From Balanoglossus misakiensis (Eukaryota; Animalia; Hemichordata): a stretch of DNA of 64,000 nt. Made by a program: the position numbers and the translations under genes. The DNA lies in the NCBI GenBank assembly GCA_040954595.2, contig CM082586.2, forward strand, positions 7,967,337-8,031,336. The letters are read 5' to 3'. Every line of letters begins with the position of its first letter. The first letter of the stretch is position 1. Below, piece after piece: positions 42,534 to 54,000 of this stretch. Below the pieces are notes generated by a model. The model was not told the origin of the DNA, ran no database searches, and worked only from the letters and a program-made list of their open reading frames with translations.

Positions 42534-45500
42534 GACAGCTATATTCTGAAAGGTTTTCAAGAAATGAGAACTGTATTATATCATTTACTGTCATTTACTG
42601 GTAAATTTCCAGTGGCAGCTGACTATTTTGTAAGGGGCATTGGTATTAGAACTAAATCTGGTGATAAATGTATCAGGATTTATCTGCAGCAAGGAAGAAT
42701 GAAGTCAACTTGGATCATCAAAATGCAATAATGGAGACTAATAGCTCGATACCATGGAAACTGCTGCAACGAGCATAGTAACCAGTGATATGAGATATCT
42801 CTTTGCAGTCCTTGCAATAAATATTCTGATTAATATCTGCAGATCTAGCAATCTCTGAATTTGACACTACAGATGAAGTAAAAAGATGATTAGATTACCA
42901 TTGTTGCAGAATTTAAGATAAAATGGTGATCTCAAAGAAGTGGTGTAATAAACAACAAAAGACTCTTCATGGTAATATCAAATCCATTTCAAATGAGCTG
43001 TATGGATTGCCTCATTCCTACGTGTCCTTTACCCTAGTAAATGGGTAGATCCTTGAGAGGTGACCTAAGGATGCTGGATTTAATAGAAAATAGAAGACTG
43101 GGATTATCTCTTTATTTGACTTCAATGAACATTTATCATATTCAACTTGCTGGTACATCCATAACAATGAAAAATGAGTGGATTATGAATCAACATTAAT
43201 TATATTTGCTATATTACATCAAGGGTATTTATTGTTCTGAAATTTAGTGTTATAATCAAAAGAGAGAATTTTGTCATGTGGTATGTTGCTTTGTATAAAT
43301 TCATTTTCCAGACATTCTACTCAGATATCTTCACAATTTCTCATCACAGGAATTGAATTGAAATGTGATCTCTGTAAATAATTTTCAGACTGTCTAAATT
43401 GTTGTTTCAAAGTCGCTGTAATTTGTTTGTTTCAGTACTGATTATATATTTCACAGTTGAGTAAAAATTCTGATCATATGATAACACAGTGTCCTTGATT
43501 TTATTGTTGAATTTTGATAACAGGTAATTGCCACAGTTTGACTAAAGGTTGTGGTATGCATATAAAAAAATCAATGAAACCCAACGCAGGTAGCTACCAC
43601 AAGGTTGATTTCTCACACAGCCATGTCCTCGGCTATGAATAGTAGGTAGTCCAGTTGGTTTAGAGGTTGAACAGGCTGTGTGTAGTGTCACCTGGGTACC
43701 AGCTGGGCATCTAATCATAGCCTGGGACATGACAATACACACGCCCTGTATCACACACGTTCACTGCCTTCATCTTTTTAAAGCAGATGTCAATAAATTT
43801 CCCCATTTTTACAGAGGTGTGATGTAGAGGGGTGTGTTCCTTTCGGCTGTACTGGACAATGTCAGTGTGAGTTCTTGTGCTTAGATGTAAAAAAGTCTCC
43901 TTTGCAAGTTTTCTCCAAGATGAGTAGAATTTCAACATTGCTTGAAGATATCACCTCACATAGCAGTGTCTGTGCAATACAACTGACTTCATCTACTTCA
44001 GTTTTATGAGAAAAAAATCCCTGAAAAAATCACATGGTTGTCATTTGTAGCAGACTGTTAATTCCCTTCATAACTATTGCTTTACATAGATTCCATGTGT
44101 GTAGTTCAAGAATAGCCAGCAAATAATTCTAAAAAGATACAGCATAAACTAATTCTAAAAAGATACAGCATATTGTCACCTGAATTTAGATTGTTATTAG
44201 TACCAGAATGTATGACTATTTTAGACTGGGAGTCATGCATGGTAACTAAATCATGTTCAAATCAATAGTGAATTTTATTTTGAGGTTCCATACGCAATAT
44301 TCAATTACTGTATGTGCACAGAATTAAGACCATGTTCTTTATTGAAAAGACAGGAAAGATATGAAGAGTTCAGGTATTTATTTGAAATGGGAATTTGGCA
44401 AATAAGCGTATGTATGTAGCACATGTTAGTGACAAAATTAAGCCTGTTCATTTGCAATGGTCAAAGTGCTATATTTCAGCGTTACACAAATGAACATGAC
44501 ACTTGGTGTCTGAGTTCATTCCATTTGAGAAGATCAGCAATTCACAGCTGTTTGGAAACTGAAACCTCAAATTTCAGATTTAATTGGAATCAAATAGAAG
44601 TTTGCAAGATTTGGATTCTGCATGATTTAAATCCCCATGAGCAACAACTTTGGGGAAATTATCTTGAAATTTATTTTCAAACTATGCTAACATAAACCCA
44701 TAAAGCTGCATGCACTGAAGTACAATGTATATACAAGTATTATAAACCCTAAGTATGAGTGCATATTGTAAGTTTTATCCAGACAAATAATAAAGCTTTG
44801 CCGCAAAGGAATATGGCCGCCACCATGGGAAAATGCAAAAAAACAATGAAAATGTAGCATTTCCCACTTTGAAACTTCATAAACAAAGAATGAACTCATC
44901 CTCTAGAAAACATGGAATGATATGTACTGCACTGTACTAATATTTCTTTAATTTTTTGGCCATTTTATCATAGGTGTTTTCTTGATGATAATCTCAGACA
45001 GAATTCAAATCATATGAGATTATTTAAAGCTGAATTTTTTTTAGCAAATTGCAGTTCCTGGGGCTTTAATCCTTCTAAGGACTTCCGAATAGAATAGCAA
45101 TTGAAAGTTTAATGCTGCTGAATTAGTGCATTCATAGCAATCAACGATTACTTACAAGAATTAATCATCACACTATAGATAATGATCTTAAACAATGGAG
45201 CTTCCACTTGACATTCAATATATCTGTATTGTGTAGAAAGACTTAATTCAGCTCCATTCACAAAACTGTCCAAGTTCTGTCTGTAGTTTGTCAAGGGCAA
45301 TCTATGCAGTTATCATTTAAATGTAATTGCTGGGTACGGATTACACTCTTGGCAATTAAGGGAAATCATCAGATACAAGGATTGATAATGACAACTATTA
45401 TAGGACTCTGATTGCAGTGAAGATGTTGCCAGGAAACGGAGTCTGTGAGAACATTTTATCTAATTGCTTCCCAAATGACTGACACGATCCCATCACACAG

Positions 45501-46692
45501 TAGATGCAACCTGTACTTGCCAGTTTATATCATTCATGCTTGTTATGGAGATGTCTTATTAGGTATCTCCATGGTTACATGCGGACAAGGTGCCCTTCAT
45601 ATTGCTACCACTTGCTACTGATGCAAATATTCTTTCAAGGTGTAAGAAACTGTTAGTATAGGACTTCATCAAAGAAGGTTGTCAAATAAATTCAAGATTG
45701 ATAATTTCTTTCATTGGAAAAAACTCGAAACTCAGAGAAGGACAATTTTTGTTGTAGCCGGCAAAAACAGACATCCTCTGATTTTTCATTCAGCTAATAG
45801 TCGCAAATATTTTCAGAAATTGAAATAGTCTTGCCAGCAGCTACACAGCAACGCCATGGTTACCAGAAACAATTGTTTTTTTCAGACACACCACTACCAT
45901 CACATTTTAACAAAATTAAATATTTTATTTAAAAATGCCAATCATTGATAGTACAAGAAAGGAAAGCATTCATCTTTAAAAATTACATTATCTTCAACTG
46001 CTTTGTGTCAATTCAGATTGAGAATCAATTGCTACCATACATACACAAAGGCTAAAATATATCTAGGAACTGAACAGCTATGGGAAATTATCATTCAGTC
46101 ATATCTAAATTAAATTTGTACATGAGAGAGTATTACACTATAGGTCATGTAGGTCATATACTACCGGTATAGGTCAGTACAGAAAATAAATATTTGCCCC
46201 CCCCCCCCTTCTCGGTACATGTACATGTAGTTTACAATTATGTATACAATTCCTATGAAACTAAATTGGTACAAGAAATGGTAAAATCTTGATCATCATC
46301 ATGACCACTGCCACCACCTAATCAATCAATCAATCAATCAATTTATCAACCAATCATCACTGTTGCACAGGTAACTTACTTTTGAAATGCTTGTATATAT
46401 ACATTTGGATTTCAAAACAGACAATTTCCCGAAATGATACAAAACAGACATCTACTCTCCCTATGAATAAAGTCTAAGCAATATTGAAGGGGAATGATTC
46501 AAGAATACATAACTTATTCTTATTTGCGTTTCAAGGCCTCCGGCCCATGTGCAAAGGGGGGTTACATTCAGTATTTCCATTACTTCGTCAAAACAAAACA
46601 AAAACAAAACAAAAAGATTACAAACATCACGTGGATAATGAAAACGGAAGAAAGTTACAGTGGGAGACAATTAAAAATCAGTAGTGAAAATA

Positions 46693-49600
46693 TTATACAT
46701 TTGCATCAGCATTTGCATCGGCTCTTTCTCTGAGCTTGACTGCTCTATGAACAAAATTACAAAGTCTGAGTATGGTGTCTGAATCATTTGTGTTCATTAC
46801 ATTGGTAAACTTATAAAAGTTTGGCTCTAAAAACAGATCAGTTGGTAAGTATCGTACTCTGAGATTGTTATACAGTGGACAAATTACTAGAAAGTGGTAC
46901 TCATCTTCAACTGCTTTGGTGTTACAAAATTTACAATGTCTGTCTGCTGGGTCGATGTGGTGTCTTCTGCCTTCCTCTATAGCGAGAGGAAGTGAAGAAC
47001 ACCGAAAACGTGAATACATTTGGATAACATTGTGGTGACACTGGATGGAAAGATATTTTTCAGGTTCTAAAATACTCTTGAATTGAATGTAAGTGCGAAG
47101 TTTTGGTTTCCATGCCATGTTTTCTCTCCATTGTTGTCTAAAAATATCCTGCACTCTTAGTTGAAATGTCGAAAGAAATAATTGCTTGTTGCCCACTTCC
47201 TGAGCAACCCATGCAAAACCCAGCCCAAATGAGAATAGAATATCCTTTATAGATGACGCCCAAGTACGTCTGCCTATACTATCCAAATTACATAACATAA
47301 TATAAGCTTGTTTCGGAATTCTGTCATTGGGCATTTCTAACAGCTTTAACCAAAAACTAATACAACGTTTCAGGGTGTAATAATAAATAGGGAAGCGCCC
47401 ACATTCTCCGAGTACAGCTTCATTTGTGGCATTCTTAGGTAAACCCAATATTCTTCTGCACCAATTCCTTTGAATTTTCTCAATAGCATCAAAATATTGA
47501 TGGCCCCAGACTTCTGAACCATAACAAAGGATTGGCAGAATAAGCACATCAAACAGTTTAAAATGAACATTACAATCAAAGTGACCAAGTTTCCACCTTG
47601 CGACTGAGAGTGAAGTTAAGGCTTTGTTTGCTTGGTTGGCTAAGGTGCAAACTGCTTTGGACCATGTATTTCGTGAGGAAAGGAGAAGGCCAAGGTACTT
47701 ATAATGAGAAACAATCTCAATCGCAGTTCCATTAAAATGCCATTTCTCCCATCGCGAACGATGGCCACCTTTACGAAATATCATTACCTTTGTTTTATCA
47801 AAATTGATCTGCATACGCCATTTAGTGCAAAAAATGGCTAAGATGTCAATCAAACATTGCAAATTTCTAACAGAATCAGCAAAAATGACGACATCATCTG
47901 CGTATAATAAACAGAAAAGGTCATACAATTCTTGGGTAAGTTGAACACCCATAATACCAGCTGACAAGTACATGGAGTTAAGTTCTTCTATAAAGAAACT
48001 GAATAATATGGGGCTTAGGATACATCCCTGCCTGACCCCAGCTGGACAATCAAAATAGTGTGATGAGACATTGCCCGCTCTGACACATGACTTAATATTG
48101 GAATACATGGATTTTAAAATACGAAACATTTTCCCCTTGATGCCTAGCAACATGAGTTTGTACAACAGGAGGGAGTGGTTAACCCTGTCAAATGCCTTGG
48201 AAAAGTCAATGAAGAGACAGTAAAGTTTTCCACGACGGACACTTAAATATTTCTGAATGATGGCGTGTAAGGTAAAAATGTTATCCGTAGTGCCGTGATT
48301 TTTTCTAAAACCTGCTTGGCAGTCTGAGAGGATATTTGAACTGTCGGACCATTTTGTTAAACGATCGTTCAGTATTGAGGTAAAGACCTTTCCAAGCGCA
48401 TTTAACAAAGAAATACCCCTGTAGTTGTTTACATCACTTTTGACTCCTTTCTTGAACAGTGGAATGACAATGGCAACTGACCACTCAGGAGGAAATCTTC
48501 CAGACTCAAAAATAAAGTTGAATGTTTGCACTAATAGTGGCAAAATTACATCCGCTGCGTAGCTATAAAATTCGTTGGGCAGACCATCAGGCCCTGGTGC
48601 TTTCCCATTTTTAAGCTTTCTCAGACAATTCAAGACTTCAGTTTCTGTTATTGGACTATTACACACATCATTGGTATGCTGAACGTTCTCTTCTAGATCA
48701 TTGTTGTTACATGTATACAAATTTATTTCTTCCTCCACAGAGCGCAAGAACTCCAAATCCCCCGATTCAATGTCGTGGCATTTTTTGTACAGGTTACTGA
48801 AGTAGTCAAACCATGACTGAATACTAATTTCACTTTGGGAGAATTTCCTGCGGCCAATAACAGAGTTCAAAATGGACCAAAATTCGCCAGAGTTTTGTGA
48901 TGCCGCCTCCCGGAAACAATTACGAATGGAATTTTGGTACTCATGCTTGCAGTTCTTGCAAATCTGTTTGAAGTGTTTCTTTGCAGACTTAAACTCGTCA
49001 AGAGAATCCTGTGTACCTAATTGTCTGAACAACTTTAATTTATTGTAGACTGTGGCTTTGGTCTGTTGGCACTTAGTGCCAAACCACGGTGGTTGATTTG
49101 GTTTCACCCTAGAAGGATTAAACCGAATGCGACCATCTGCACCTGCAGTCTGCAACGCAAGGTTAAGTTTTGAAATGACACAGCTTGTGTTGGGAAATGC
49201 ACTTCTTGAATCTTCTAAAATGTTTTGGATATGAGAGGAGTGAAGGTTTCTCACAAAAGAGCGCTTACATTTCTCAGTCATGTGAAAACGAGTAATGGGT
49301 GTGGGAGCACAGTCCGCTGGAGGGCTGCTGTTATCCAAGGGTGAATTTACATAATTTATGTAACAGGTGAGTGGGAAATGATCTGAGTCTATTCGTGGAA
49401 GGACTTCAAAGCAATTAACATATCTGAATAATTCAGCTGACATAATTACATAATCGATGACACTGCTCCCCATTGCTGAAATATGTGTGATGTTGCCCTC
49501 TTTGTCACCATCTACCCGACCATTGATAATATGTAAATCAAATTTTCGACAGATGTCTAGTAAGGCTTTTCCCGCTTCATTAACAGACAAGTCTTTAGAA

Positions 49601-50145
49601 TTTCTATGCATGTGAAAATTAGACGAATTGTACATATCTGGATCCATAGGAAGAAAGTCTACAGAGTCATCAAAAATAAAATCGTCTTCTACACCCGTTC
49701 GAGCGTTAAAGTCACCACCAATTATGAAATAACTGTCTGAAAATTCAGAACATAGTTCAACAAGCTGATTTTCGAAACTTTCAAGGTTGTCCAAAATGGA
49801 CTCGGGTCTAAAGTAACAACATCCCAAAATTACATTACGGTCAAATCCGAGCAAACTCTTATGAATATGCATAAAGATACAATTTTCTAAGTTGCTATTA
49901 ATGGGACGAATCTTGTGAATAAAATGATTCTTAATATAAAGAGCAGTGCCACCGCTTGGTCTTCCTTTGGAATAGCGCCTTTTGGCAGGTGATTTGAAGA
50001 CAGTATAATTACGTAAAACATCGACACGGTCTTTATCAGTGCAAAAAGTTTCCACCATTCCTACTATATCATACTTTGAGCAAAAAGACAGAAAGTCGTC
50101 ATCACTGACTTTTGGTTTCAAACCTCGTATGTTCCAGAATAGCAA
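46693..50145 (-). CDS. LINE ORF2: apurinic endonuclease + reverse transcriptase + C-terminal Cys/His knuckle
   Basis: Endonuclease motifs WNIRG, VET, GDFNAR, SVIDY, SDH. RT motifs KAPGPDG, NYRGISLL, QAGFR, FIDFSKAFD, GVRQGCILSP, LLYADD, YKYLG. C-terminal CKFC..EDEYHFLVIC. The frame is open up to 50181, and there is no ATG before the first endonuclease motif. Confidence 0.95.
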   Translation of the reverse strand: MLFWNIRGLKPKVSDDDFLSFCSKYDIVGMVETFCTDKDRVDVLRNYTVFKSPAKRRYSKGRPSGGTALYIKNHFIHKIRPINSNLENCIFMHIHKSLLGFDRNVILGCCYFRPESILDNLESFENQLVELCSEFSDSYFIIGGDFNARTGVEDDFIFDDSVDFLPMDPDMYNSSNFHMHRNSKDLSVNEAGKALLDICRKFDLHIINGRVDGDKEGNITHISAMGSSVIDYVIMSAELFRYVNCFEVLPRIDSDHFPLTCYINYVNSPLDNSSPPADCAPTPITRFHMTEKCKRSFVRNLHSSHIQNILEDSRSAFPNTSCVISKLNLALQTAGADGRIRFNPSRVKPNQPPWFGTKCQQTKATVYNKLKLFRQLGTQDSLDEFKSAKKHFKQICKNCKHEYQNSIRNCFREAASQNSGEFWSILNSVIGRRKFSQSEISIQSWFDYFSNLYKKCHDIESGDLEFLRSVEEEINLYTCNNNDLEENVQHTNDVCNSPITETEVLNCLRKLKNGKAPGPDGLPNEFYSYAADVILPLLVQTFNFIFESGRFPPEWSVAIVIPLFKKGVKSDVNNYRGISLLNALGKVFTSILNDRLTKWSDSSNILSDCQAGFRKNHGTTDNIFTLHAIIQKYLSVRRGKLYCLFIDFSKAFDRVNHSLLLYKLMLLGIKGKMFRILKSMYSNIKSCVRAGNVSSHYFDCPAGVRQGCILSPILFSFFIEELNSMYLSAGIMGVQLTQELYDLFCLLYADDVVIFADSVRNLQCLIDILAIFCTKWRMQINFDKTKVMIFRKGGHRSRWEKWHFNGTAIEIVSHYKYLGLLLSSRNTWSKAVCTLANQANKALTSLSVARWKLGHFDCNVHFKLFDVLILPILCYGSEVWGHQYFDAIEKIQRNWCRRILGLPKNATNEAVLGECGRFPIYYYTLKRCISFWLKLLEMPNDRIPKQAYIMLCNLDSIGRRTWASSIKDILFSFGLGFAWVAQEVGNKQLFLSTFQLRVQDIFRQQWRENMAWKPKLRTYIQFKSILEPEKYLSIQCHHNVIQMYSRFRCSSLPLAIEEGRRHHIDPADRHCKFCNTKAVEDEYHFLVICPLYNNLRVRYLPTDLFLEPNFYKFTNVMNTNDSDTILRLCNFVHRAVKLRERADANADANV

Positions 50146-50181
50146 TGAAAAAATACATACACCTGGGCCTTGGCCACATCC

Positions 50182-50422
50182 CTACAGTGCAATTTCTTTG
50201 ACTTGAAAAATTTGTCCGTTACTTTCGTTCACTTTGTAGATTTTCTTGACTCCCTGCTCGTCAGTGCATATTAACTTGTCATACCTTACTTGTGACTTCA
50301 ATGACGGGTTGTCCTCCAGCAGCGACTTGCGGAACTGTAGTAACTTTGCTCGTATAGAACGTATGCGCTTCGAAAAGTCTTCGCCGATACTAACGTTTGT
50401 ACCTTTGAGTTTGTTAGCAGCT
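50182..50422 (-). pseudogene. LINE ORF1 C-terminal fragment (5'-truncated)
   Basis: KLKGTNVSIGEDFSKRIRSIRAKL...VRYDKL resembles the end of an L1-type (RRM-CTD) ORF1. It is cut at the TSD, so the ORF-track N-terminus MCILLVMY is host DNA. Confidence 0.8.
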
Positions 50423-51008
50423 GAATACATAACTAACAATATGCACATTGATTTGTCTCTGTCTACTATATCTATTATGAATTTCAGCAGTACAAAGATT
50501 TTTTTTTAAATCCAGATTTGCTCTATTGTTTAAAATGTATGTACATGTGTTGAAAATTTCTTCAACATGAAAAGCTATAATACATCATTGAAGTAGTTTT
50601 GCAAGGAAATTCGCTAAGATCAGCTTAATATTTACAAGTTCTACAATTTGTGAAAAATAAAACAGACTTCTTCATCTCTTTAGAGGGTAAGGATCCTGTT
50701 ACAAAATATCAACAGTAAATTTTATACATACACTCCTGGTTGTGTACATGCAAAAACAATCATTTACCATTTGCTTGATTTAAGCCCAAATTTCTAACAA
50801 TATCTTGGGGAAACAGTTTGTCTGCATGAAATAAATTTGGCAGGATTTATCATTGGAGGGTGAGAAATCTTTGGAACGTCCACCTATCAGTCTTGCCCAT
50901 CATCTGAAGATGACATCAATCACAAGGAGATAAAATCATAGATGTTAAAATCTTGAAGTACTGAGAAGAAGAAAGTCCAATGATACATCTCTTTTCTCTT
51001 CCTGCTGA

Positions 51009-54000
51009 TTAGTAATCATCATCAGAGTTATAGTCATCTGGCTGTCTCCACGGTTGACTTGAAAATGATTTGGAGGCTGAAAATCAAAACGCAAGACATA
51101 AACAAATTGGAGATAACACTTGAGTGTCTATTTAGTACAACATCAGTGCAGGAATAAGACACGAACTCTCTGAGTAGTACAAAATTATTTTCACAAGTAA
51201 TGTGATGCATCCAGCATCATAGTTTCACAAGATACACTCATCAAAGTATGACTGCATAATACACTGCATTACTCAACATATATCATGAAAATGACTTCTG
51301 TACCCAACACTGCAACAGATCACATGCAGTTTCAGGAATTGTAGTTTTCTGTCTATTATCAGTCTTTACCCCTAAACGTATATCTTTTCTGAAAGCCCAG
51401 ATACATGATTGGGGACAGTGCACAGCCATTATTTATACAGTGGTCATGTATGAATCTATGGGTTTGTTCCATTTTGACCACGGATCCTAACATGTATTAC
51501 CGTTAAAGCCAGCAATGGGGAAATAAAGGCTACATTTTGTGACTGCATTGACGTTGGTTTATTTTGCACTATACTGACTGTGTTTTCATTGTATGATTGC
51601 AAGAGGTGAATGACTCACAGGGAGGATGTCTGTCATTTCTGACTGCACTACTTCTCACAGGTGTTGGTGGTTTCTGCACAGGTGCTGGTCTCATTGTCAT
51701 ATCAACACTGGCCACCACAGATTCCCCTTCTCTTTGTTGTGCCCAGTCTGGTCTCTGGTTCCGCTGGTTTATATTCTATGAAGAAATCATTTTTGAAACA
51801 TTCAGTGACAGTGTTGTGGAACTCTGTGGCGTTGGTTTCCCTACATTGATGTTGTCTCAGAACACACACAATCCTATGTTAAAGGGACAAAGTCTCTCTC
51901 TCGCTGCCCTTTTTCCATGTTTGATTCAAGACACTGTTTATGTTATTTTACATGTGGATATATAGTGAATCAACATTAGACCATACACAACTTCCATCCC
52001 GTTTGTAGGATATGAGATTAAAAATCTCGACAAAATGAATAAATGGTAAACACCAATTATTCATTTTGGCGAGTTTTTCACTCTCGTATAAGTGAGATGG
52101 AAGTTGTATGTGGGCGAACGTTGATTCACTATATATCCACATGCAGAATAACATAAACAGTGTCTTGTATCAAACATAATTAATGGAAAAAAAGACAGCG
52201 AGAGAGAGAGAACTCCCATGGTACAACAGTCCAGTTGATGGGTTAAGTAAGTCCATGTATGTTGTGCAGGTTTTAAACGATTCTGACACGTTAGTCGACT
52301 GTCTCCTTGACAGCAACTCCACAAACTAAATCCAAAGTTGTTTGATTTGTATCAACTAACATACCATAAAACACCTTAAATTTGCTGCATGCTTTTTCAG
52401 CCATTTCACCATGATGAGCAAATTTTCAATTTCAAGAAAGAGACAACCTTGCCTAACTATGGTAAATATTGGGGATTCTATATAATGAGCAGCATTTTAA
52501 ATCAGTGACTCCATTTTTGTAATAAAATTAGCTGATAACCCATCTAGTTAAAGACAAGTACTTTTACAGTATTCTACAATATTGTGTTCGTGATATTTGC
52601 AGGAAGCAGGAGACTGTACTCAGGGTCAATGATGCCAGGATAAGAGTTCTCTGAAAGGTCGAGCTGCTAATGACGTCAAATATCAAAACACTTGATATTT
52701 TAGTTTTCTGGAGTGTCATGTCAAGCAGGTATGAACGTGCAAGCAATGTTTCTCATCATCACTGTTAAGTGTGGCAGGAAATTCTCAGTACAGAGGTTGA
52801 ATGGTCACGATCTACTTGGGCATTTTATATAAACTGTGACCTTTCAGCCAACATGATGCTTACACAACGCTGAGATTTCAAATACTATTCAACTGTTTTG
52901 TAATTCTTTGATGATTATACAAAGATAAGAATTTTCCACTGACAACAAGATACCTTGTTTGAAGAAAGAAAACTTATGTGGGTATTTTTAAAGACTTGGT
53001 GTCTCTCTGGAAGGCATCTAAAACAAATTTCTGGTACTGAGATCACCTTCATAATATGAGATCAGATGGTGACATCATTGTCATCCATTAGACTCTCCAG
53101 CTCCAGTTTGAGATATTGTGATTCTTTCCATTTTTGCAAAAAAATTCTTCCTATCACACCTACACTCATATTGTGTTGCTTGCACCTCACAACAGCAAAT
53201 TGTAGACAACAATCTACCTCTATACAGGTGGTGATTTTCTAGACTGTCGGTCTGTGCTTTGCATACTCCCTTTGGATACTTACCGAAGCTGATTTCGCTC
53301 TCTTGAGTTTATAATTGATTAATGTGGATGAAAATTTCTTGCTGTGTGAAGGGTCATCCATTGCGATGTCAGATTCACCTCGGCTCTGTACCAACTTCTG
53401 CATTCGTTTTGACCTGAAATTCCCAATGGATGAGTGTATCAGATCAGTGCTTCAGATACAGTCAACCTACAACTTGGCAAGTCACTGCATTTTGTCAAAG
53501 CTTCATTAGCTGTAACTTTTCGCTGTGTTTTCAGTTTTTTTGTTCTGTGTATATACTGCAGTTTCTTGTTCAAATCCTTGAAGCATGATGAAATACCTAG
53601 TAACCTAGTAACCGGCTTGTTAACACAACCTATATGAACATTTGTATATAGTCAGCATTGTTAATGTGCAAAATTTAAATTCAAGTCGGGACTAGAGTTC
53701 ATTTGTCAAAAATAATGATGGCTGTTACACACATACAGGCTATGTTGACAACCGGTATACATACATGAACTGGTTATATTAGAATGATGTTTGGAATAGG
53801 ACATGAAATTGCATTTTGTACACAGAACAGAAATGCTGTAAAAATTACTTCAGACATTTGCTGCATTTCAAAGAAAATCATGGCATATATTTTGATTTTC
53901 AACCATATTTTGTTCTCTCAAAGTCTATACACTGTATTATAAATCATACTTCCGCAAACAAGTTCACCACTCATTTTCAGCCCTTTAATCTGTACACAGA

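Larger units (their letters stand above)
46515..50422 (-). mobile_element. Non-LTR retrotransposon (LINE; RTE-X-like by inference), 5'-truncated, recent insertion
   Basis: Perfect 12-bp TSD gaatacataact at 46503-46514 and 50423-50434. The 3' end (minus strand) reads gggccggaggccttgaaacgc-AAATAAGAATA. It contains the C-terminal part of ORF1 and an uninterrupted ORF2. Confidence 0.93.
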
